Shown here: in pieces, positions 26,332 through 32,000 of the stretch
Position numbering within the stretch: position 1 is the stretch's first letter
How the letters are laid out: each line of letters opens with the position of its first letter
Assembly (NCBI GenBank): GCA_038823825.1
Contig: JAWBCC010000001.1
Coordinates: 120,001 to 152,000 of the forward strand
Direction: 5' to 3'
DNA length: 32,000 bases
Source: Candidatus Hadarchaeales archaeon
GTDB taxonomy: Archaea > Hadarchaeota > Hadarchaeia > Hadarchaeales > Hadarchaeaceae
Made by a program: the position numbers and the translations under genes
The notes under the pieces: generated by a model
Databases searched by the model: none
What the model was told of the DNA's origin: nothing
What the model saw: the letters and a program-made list of their open reading frames with translations, nothing else

Positions 26332-29300
26332 GTGACGTTGAAAAAAATCTTTCCTGCATTTGTTTTTTTGGCGCTTTTCTTTATGGCGCCATTTGCTTCT
26401 TCGTCTAAAATTTTGGACGTTGGAGCGGCTGCTTCACCTTCGACATATCGGGCGCCCGATTGGGTAATGAACGCAGTTTTTTATCAGATAATGGTCGACC
26501 GTTTTTACAACGGAGACCCGTCTAATGATCCGGACAATAACACCCTTCTCCTTCGCTCCTGGACTAATATAAACGGTGTCACTTTCCCAGATCTCTATGC
26601 TAGAAAAATGCGCTGGACGGAGGATGTTGAAACAAACGTACTCTGGCCGGACGATTATGGAAACTTGAGATATGCACCTACACTCGGAAGAGACTATTAT
26701 GGCGGCGATTTCAAGGGGATAATGGACAAACTTCCTTATCTTGAGAATCTCGGAATAACAGCAATATACTTTAATCCGATTCATGACGGTCCGCACTTCC
26801 ACGGTTATACGGTTGAAAACTATGAATCAGCCAACAAGTTTTATGGCGGGCTCGACATGTTCAAACAAATGCTCTCCGCGCTAAAGGAGAAGGGAATAAG
26901 GGTGATTCTTGACGGTGTGTTCAACCACACGAGTTGTACACATCCATGGTTTGACCGCGAAAATAGATTCCCAGATTATCTGGGTGCATACGAAAGTCAA
27001 AATTCACCATATTTCAGTTGGTACAAATTTTGGCAATGGCCTCTGAACTATGAGGGATGGAACAATTTTTCTCATGTTCCGCAGCTCCAACTTACTGAAG
27101 GATACAAAGACTACCTTTACCGAAGTTCAAACAGTCTGTTGAAATACTGGAACGATATAGGAATAGACGGCTGGCGTCTCGATGTCGCCATGCAGATGAA
27201 AGATAGATTTGGCTGGGCGTTCTGGCGGGAATTCAGTCAAGCCTTCAGCCAGCTGAATTCAGAGGGATACCTCGTCGCGGAACCAGACCATGGAACGGCA
27301 GCTCAGCCAGATTACGTTACTCAGGGTTACCTAGACGGCGTCATGAACTATGCTTGGATGCACGCGGTTATAGACTGGGTTAATGGAACGGCTAGTCCGA
27401 GCAGCTTCGCGGGGAGACTGGAGTACATAAAGAATGCATATCCGGCAGATGCTTTCTACACACAGCTTAACATTCTGAGTTCGCATGACGATCACAGACT
27501 GAGAACGCGTGTTGGTGGAAGAATTGACAGGGTTAAGCTTGCCGTGATTTTCCAGATGACATACCCAGGCGCCCCGTGCATATGGTATGGGGATGAGGTC
27601 GGGATGACGAGCGACTATCCGAGGGGGAGTGGAACAGTCAGAGATGCGGATCCGTTTACTAGAAGACCGTTCCCCTGGCCAGAGCTAGGATACCCGGTCC
27701 CTGAACAACCAGACGTTCCGAACTGGGATATCTTCAGGCACTACCAAAACTTGATTTCGATAAGAAAGAGTTATCAAGTCCTTAGAACTGGAACGGTCGA
27801 GACTCTGATGACGGATGATGGTAAGAAGATTTTGGCACTATTCCGAAAACTTCCAAATCCAAGTTTAACAAAATATTCGAACTGGAGAACTGAATATGCG
27901 GTTCTCGTCTACAACAGTGGCGCTTCCCCGCAGAGCGTTACTCTCAATCTCACCGGAAAAGTTCCCAATGGTACGGAGCTCGTCGATGTTCTAAATGGAA
28001 ATCGAAAGTATACGGTAACAAACGGAACTGTTTCGCTAACTGTCGAAAACATGTGGGCAGCGATTCTGGTTTACACATCAAACCAACCACCGGTTGCAGA
28101 TTTCACGTTTTCTCCCACTTCTCCCGCTCCAGGTGAAACCGTGCAGTTTACTGATAACTCGAGAGATCCAGATGGGACAATAGTTTCCTGGCTATGGGAT
28201 TTTGGCGACGGGACTTCGAGCACCCAGCGTAATCCAACAAAGGTCTATACAGCATCCGGAACATACACAGTAAAGCTGACGGTGACTGACGATGGAGGCG
28301 CGAGCGCGACAGTCTCCAAATTGGTGGTTGTGTCAGAAGCTCCGGCGCCACCTCCGGGAGTCAAGCCAACAACCTTAACAATAGATCCTACCTCCTTTTC
28401 GCTAGCTTCAGGAGCTTCGAGAACTCTGATGGCGATTTTGAAGGATAACGAAAACAATCCGGTCGCAGGAAAGACGATTTTGTGGTCGGCAACTGTCGGG
28501 AGCATATCGTCCTCCTCCGTCACAGATTCAAACGGAATGGCTGCCGCAACCTACACGGCCCCATCTGTTACCGCTCAAACTTCAGTGACCATTACCGCAA
28601 CTTTTCAAGGTGACAGTCAGTATGCTTCATCAACCGGTCAAAGCATTGGAAGCATCTCGCCCATATCGGCTCAGTTGAGTCTGAGACCAATACCATCCAC
28701 TATAGCGGGTTCTGACATTATACTCAGCGGGGTGGTCGAAGATCAAGCCGGTAATCCTATACCAGGAGCATCTTTGAAAGTTCTCATAAATGGTCAGGTC
28801 GTTCAGACGGCAACGGCTGGTGGAGATGGAAGTTTCAGCATAGCCGTCACACTTCCTCCTGGCTCAAGCAGTCTAAGGCTAGAAGCCTACAGCGGAGAAG
28901 GAGAACTTCTTGCGTCATTCTCCCAAAATGTTACAACTTCTGCTGAATATTCTCCACCCACGGGAATTGACAGTGGAATGATTGTAACATATGGCAGTAT
29001 TCTTTCTGCGATCGGCTTGGCAATAGGTGTTCTTATCGGCAAAATCCGGATAACGGGCAAACTCTTCTCACTAATTTTTGCAGTCTTTCTTCTGCTTTCT
29101 TTGGTTCATACAGTTCCAGTCAATGCGCCCACTAGGACCGTTGATGGTTCTCCAGCCGACTGGACTGGCACCCCGCCAACAACTGTAAACACGTTTACTG
29201 TTTCCGCCGGGGAATTCATATGGAAGGATGCGCAAGGCGACGAGCGTACAGACCTGAATAATTGGCAACCGGATAGAAGAGTGGATCTTTTAGAGTTCAG

Positions 29301-32000
29301 AATCACTGCCGATACACAATATATATACTTCATGGCAAAAATGGTCGATATCGACATAGAATCTGGAAGTGGAGCTCCGTGTGTCCAAGTTGCAGTGGAT
29401 ACCGATAGGATAGCCGGATCAGGGGAGAACTGGTTTGGTGGATGGTCAGACACAGCGACGAGCAACTCCGCGCGTTGGGAGCGTCTGATTATGACGAGAT
29501 TTGGGAGCGGATCACAGAGGGTTTATGTGTTTAATACAAGTTGGGTGGATCAGGCGACATCAGATGACACTCAAGCGATATCTGCCCAAAATGAAACAAT
29601 CGAGTTCAGAGTTGGATGGGCGAGACTTGGAGTTTCGCCACCTTGCACCCTGAGGTTCACGGTGATAACTCACAGACAGAATACCGACGACAATTCTGTG
29701 GACATTTCTAATACCTCCGATGCTCTTGATGCGATAACAACAACCGGACCAACCACTTGGAACGAGGTCCAAGATCAAATAGTCGATTATTATTTTGACG
29801 TGAGTTTTGCTTCGAATGGCGAGGTCGTAGGATCTGTCCCTGTAGGCGCTTCAATAGATAGCGATATCTGGTGGGAGGGCGTTTTACATGATCAAGACAA
29901 TTCCTTCTACTTCTCACCCCAAGGGGAAACGACAGTACTCCCCCCATTGCTTGATAGAGGAAGGCGCATTCTATATGATCAAAACGTAACTGTCAGGCTT
30001 AGAACAAATGAGAACGACCTGAGCGAAGTTTGGCTTAGAATCTGGTGGGAGAACATTTATGAAAACAATGTTGTTGAAAATGCCGCCGTGAGATATCGGA
30101 TGTCAAAAGAAAGCTCGGATGGGACGTACGAATACTGGGTTACCACAATTCCCGCTCCGGGAAGGCCGGCAAGAATGTGGTATAGGTTCTATCTCGTTGA
30201 CAACGGCGGAACGGGCACATACAGCTGGGACATCTGGCAAAATCCGGTGAATATAGGAACGCAGGTGGACATCGATAGTTACGCCGATGACACTTTTCCG
30301 AGGAACGGAGGAACAGGAAAAATGTATGATTTTCCGCAAACTAGAACGGAGAGCACAGTTCAGCCTGTGGACAACTATGACTTCATGATCATCTTTTACG
30401 AAAACATACCGCCAGCCGCTGTTTCTCTTATTTCGCCAGAGAACGACGCTTTGCTGACATCGGTTCCGACCTTACGCTGGACGGCGTCAGTAGATCCGCA
30501 ACCATCCTCCGGTCTCGGATATCGCCTTCAGATTTCTAAAGTTTCCGACTTTTCCACAACTGTTGTTGATATATATGTGAAAGAAAACTCTTATCAGCCG
30601 AGCATCGGAGAAGGAGTATACTTCTGGAGGGTTAGAGCAGAAGACTATGATGGAAACGCGAGCAACTGGTCGGAGGTCAGACGCTTTCGGCTAGATCTCG
30701 GACCACCACCGGCTCCAACGCCGATTTCTCCGCCCGATAACTTCTGCACAAAAGAAAATCGAATAACCTTAAGCTGGACGAGAGTTCCGGATGCATCAGA
30801 GCCGGTTCTGTATCGTGTCGCTCTGAGTGATGATGCAGGTTTTCCATACGAAAACTTCACATCCGGCTGGGTCATGGAGAATAGCTGGCAGGTTGAGCTT
30901 CCCGAGGGAATATGGTACTGGAGAGTTTGCGCGAAGGACAACCTCGACCAGATCGGTGAGAATTCCGTGACCAAAAGATTTATCGTCGACATTACTCCAC
31001 CACAACCACCAGAGATCTTGTATCCTGAAAATGGTGAAAGCGTGAATGTGAGGAGACCAACACTCAGATGGTCGACTGTGACCGACGTAAGCATGCCTGT
31101 GACGTACGATCTTCAACTGAGTGGCTCCCCAACTTTCTCTACCCTTATCGTAGACAATTCTGGTCTCACGGAGAACTCGTATACTCTCACAATCGACCTA
31201 GAGGAAAGGGTTTACTACTGGAGAGTGAGAGCGAAGGACAATGCCGGAAATCTGAGTGATTGGGTTGTGTCCTCTTTCATTGTTGATCTCACGGCGCTAC
31301 CAGCCCCCACGGGCCTCTCCCCCACGGGTTTCATCAACACGAAAAGACCGCAGTTCCGTTGGTCTCCTGTACAAAGCATTTTTGATGTGGTGTACATCTT
31401 TGAACTCGATGATAGCCAAGACTTCTCAAGTCCTCTCGTGGTCGAAAACGCTCTAACAGATACTTCTTACCAGCTTCAGTTTGATCTATCAGATGGAAAA
31501 TATTATTGGAGGGTAAGAGCGAAGACAGAATTAAAAACGGGACCAGCGGCCAGCGCATCCTTTACGGTAGATACTATACCCCCATCAGCTCCAGAGATTT
31601 TGACATCCTTGCCGGCCAGCACTAGGGTTAGGAGATGGATGATAGTTGGAACAGCGGAGGCGAATGCAACCGTTCAGTGTTTTGTTAACGATTCCCTAGT
31701 TGCGGAAAATGTGGCAGAGAATGGAAGCTTCACGCTGTGGGTTACCTTCCAACTCGGACAGAATAGCGTAAAGTTCAGAGCCGTTGACAGAGCAGGAAAC
31801 GCGAGCGTCTTTACGTCTTCGATCGGAATTAAGGTTACCGGAGGACTCGGAATTCGTCTGACTGCAGACCGACTCCAAGCAGGAGTTGAGCGTGCCTTCG
31901 CACTAGTCGGATATCAAACAAGCATTCAAGAAATAAGAGTGAAGACAAATAAGGATGTCGCTGCTCCGGCGATTTACGTCGAAGAGCTTATGCCCTGGGA
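26332..32000 (+). CDS. Giant secreted GH13 alpha-amylase-family multidomain protein, truncated by window end (>1889 codons); not in the supplied ORF track
   Basis: Reading frame from GTG 26332 stays open to the window end. Signal peptide LKKIFPAFVFLALFFMAPFASS. GH13 motifs DGVFNHTS, GWRLDVAMQ, YLVAEPDHG, LSSHDDHRLR. Downstream PKD, Ig-like, TM hairpin, DOMON/CBM9-like and Fn3-like units. Confidence 0.92.
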   Translation, partial: MTLKKIFPAFVFLALFFMAPFASSSKILDVGAAASPSTYRAPDWVMNAVFYQIMVDRFYNGDPSNDPDNNTLLLRSWTNINGVTFPDLYARKMRWTEDVETNVLWPDDYGNLRYAPTLGRDYYGGDFKGIMDKLPYLENLGITAIYFNPIHDGPHFHGYTVENYESANKFYGGLDMFKQMLSALKEKGIRVILDGVFNHTSCTHPWFDRENRFPDYLGAYESQNSPYFSWYKFWQWPLNYEGWNNFSHVPQLQLTEGYKDYLYRSSNSLLKYWNDIGIDGWRLDVAMQMKDRFGWAFWREFSQAFSQLNSEGYLVAEPDHGTAAQPDYVTQGYLDGVMNYAWMHAVIDWVNGTASPSSFAGRLEYIKNAYPADAFYTQLNILSSHDDHRLRTRVGGRIDRVKLAVIFQMTYPGAPCIWYGDEVGMTSDYPRGSGTVRDADPFTRRPFPWPELGYPVPEQPDVPNWDIFRHYQNLISIRKSYQVLRTGTVETLMTDDGKKILALFRKLPNPSLTKYSNWRTEYAVLVYNSGASPQSVTLNLTGKVPNGTELVDVLNGNRKYTVTNGTVSLTVENMWAAILVYTSNQPPVADFTFSPTSPAPGETVQFTDNSRDPDGTIVSWLWDFGDGTSSTQRNPTKVYTASGTYTVKLTVTDDGGASATVSKLVVVSEAPAPPPGVKPTTLTIDPTSFSLASGASRTLMAILKDNENNPVAGKTILWSATVGSISSSSVTDSNGMAAATYTAPSVTAQTSVTITATFQGDSQYASSTGQSIGSISPISAQLSLRPIPSTIAGSDIILSGVVEDQAGNPIPGASLKVLINGQVVQTATAGGDGSFSIAVTLPPGSSSLRLEAYSGEGELLASFSQNVTTSAEYSPPTGIDSGMIVTYGSILSAIGLAIGVLIGKIRITGKLFSLIFAVFLLLSLVHTVPVNAPTRTVDGSPADWTGTPPTTVNTFTVSAGEFIWKDAQGDERTDLNNWQPDRRVDLLEFRITADTQYIYFMAKMVDIDIESGSGAPCVQVAVDTDRIAGSGENWFGGWSDTATSNSARWERLIMTRFGSGSQRVYVFNTSWVDQATSDDTQAISAQNETIEFRVGWARLGVSPPCTLRFTVITHRQNTDDNSVDISNTSDALDAITTTGPTTWNEVQDQIVDYYFDVSFASNGEVVGSVPVGASIDSDIWWEGVLHDQDNSFYFSPQGETTVLPPLLDRGRRILYDQNVTVRLRTNENDLSEVWLRIWWENIYENNVVENAAVRYRMSKESSDGTYEYWVTTIPAPGRPARMWYRFYLVDNGGTGTYSWDIWQNPVNIGTQVDIDSYADDTFPRNGGTGKMYDFPQTRTESTVQPVDNYDFMIIFYENIPPAAVSLISPENDALLTSVPTLRWTASVDPQPSSGLGYRLQISKVSDFSTTVVDIYVKENSYQPSIGEGVYFWRVRAEDYDGNASNWSEVRRFRLDLGPPPAPTPISPPDNFCTKENRITLSWTRVPDASEPVLYRVALSDDAGFPYENFTSGWVMENSWQVELPEGIWYWRVCAKDNLDQIGENSVTKRFIVDITPPQPPEILYPENGESVNVRRPTLRWSTVTDVSMPVTYDLQLSGSPTFSTLIVDNSGLTENSYTLTIDLEERVYYWRVRAKDNAGNLSDWVVSSFIVDLTALPAPTGLSPTGFINTKRPQFRWSPVQSIFDVVYIFELDDSQDFSSPLVVENALTDTSYQLQFDLSDGKYYWRVRAKTELKTGPAASASFTVDTIPPSAPEILTSLPASTRVRRWMIVGTAEANATVQCFVNDSLVAENVAENGSFTLWVTFQLGQNSVKFRAVDRAGNASVFTSSIGIKVTGGLGIRLTADRLQAGVERAFALVGYQTSIQEIRVKTNKDVAAPAIYVEELMPW
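28087..28344 (+). other. PKD domain in the giant protein
   Basis: PPVADFTFSPTSPAPGETVQFTDNSRDPDGTIVSWLWDFGDGTSSTQRNPTKVYTASGTYTVKLTVTDDGG. Confidence 0.93.
28975..29127 (+). other. TM - short basic loop - signal-peptide-like hydrophobic segment inside the giant ORF
   Basis: GMIVTYGSILSAIGLAIGVLIG / KIRITGK / LFSLIFAVFLLLSLVHTVPVNA, read in frame. Confidence 0.8.
29128..29838 (+). other. DOMON/CBM9-like beta-sandwich domain (approximate limits)
   Basis: TRTVDGSPADWTG...FIWKDAQGDERTDL..RRVDLLEFRITADTQYIYFMAKMVDID...VQVAVDTDR...IEFRVGWARLG. Confidence 0.55.
30409..31578 (+). repeat. Four tandem Fn3/Ig-like protein repeats (~95-99 aa each)
   Basis: Units start at about 30409, 30703, 30997 and 31294. 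Shared pattern: PxxxxxxSPxxxxxxxxxRPTLRWSxVxD......YxLQxSxxxxFSTxxV....xxNSYxxxxxxxxxYYWRVRAKDNxGNxSxWxxSxxFxVD. Confidence 0.85.

Noticed and set aside
30645-31094. 149 aa minus-strand ORF and neighbouring minus-strand ORFs between 26434 and 31878
   Set aside because: All lie opposite the continuous plus-strand giant GH13 ORF. They appear in the track only because the real ORF is truncated by the window end.
1-32000. CRISPR arrays, tRNA/rRNA genes, transposases or integrases
   Set aside because: Intergenic spaces are very short (mostly under 120 bp). I saw no repeat-spacer structure, no tRNA-like cloverleaf and no mobile-element protein on either strand.

Overview
This is a compact archaeal chromosomal window. 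The archaeal markers are the aEF-1beta C-terminus, TBP, PAN, aTrm56, Dph6 and short ATGA-type gene overlaps. The left half (1-15.8 kb) is mostly housekeeping and information-processing genes. The right half (15.8-32 kb) is a maltodextrin/starch utilisation locus: malE-malF-malG, a divergent malK, a GH57 + glycogen-debranching-like fusion enzyme, a membrane-anchored surface protein with an internal duplication, and a giant open-ended secreted GH13 protein. The supplied ORF track misses that last ORF because it runs off the window end; I read it in frame from GTG 26332 to 32000. The items most worth a second look are: (1) the >1889-codon GH13 ORF, which contains an internal TM - short basic loop - signal-peptide-like hairpin joining two apparently extracellular halves; (2) a translationally coupled pair next to TBP, a ThiI-like protein that has lost the SGGxDS PP-loop and an EPSP-synthase-like protein with most catalytic motifs altered; (3) the GH57 + debranching-enzyme fusion coupled to a separate putative glucan-binding surface protein. 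I saw no CRISPR array, tRNA, rRNA or mobile element. All family assignments are by eye from conserved motifs; no database search was run.
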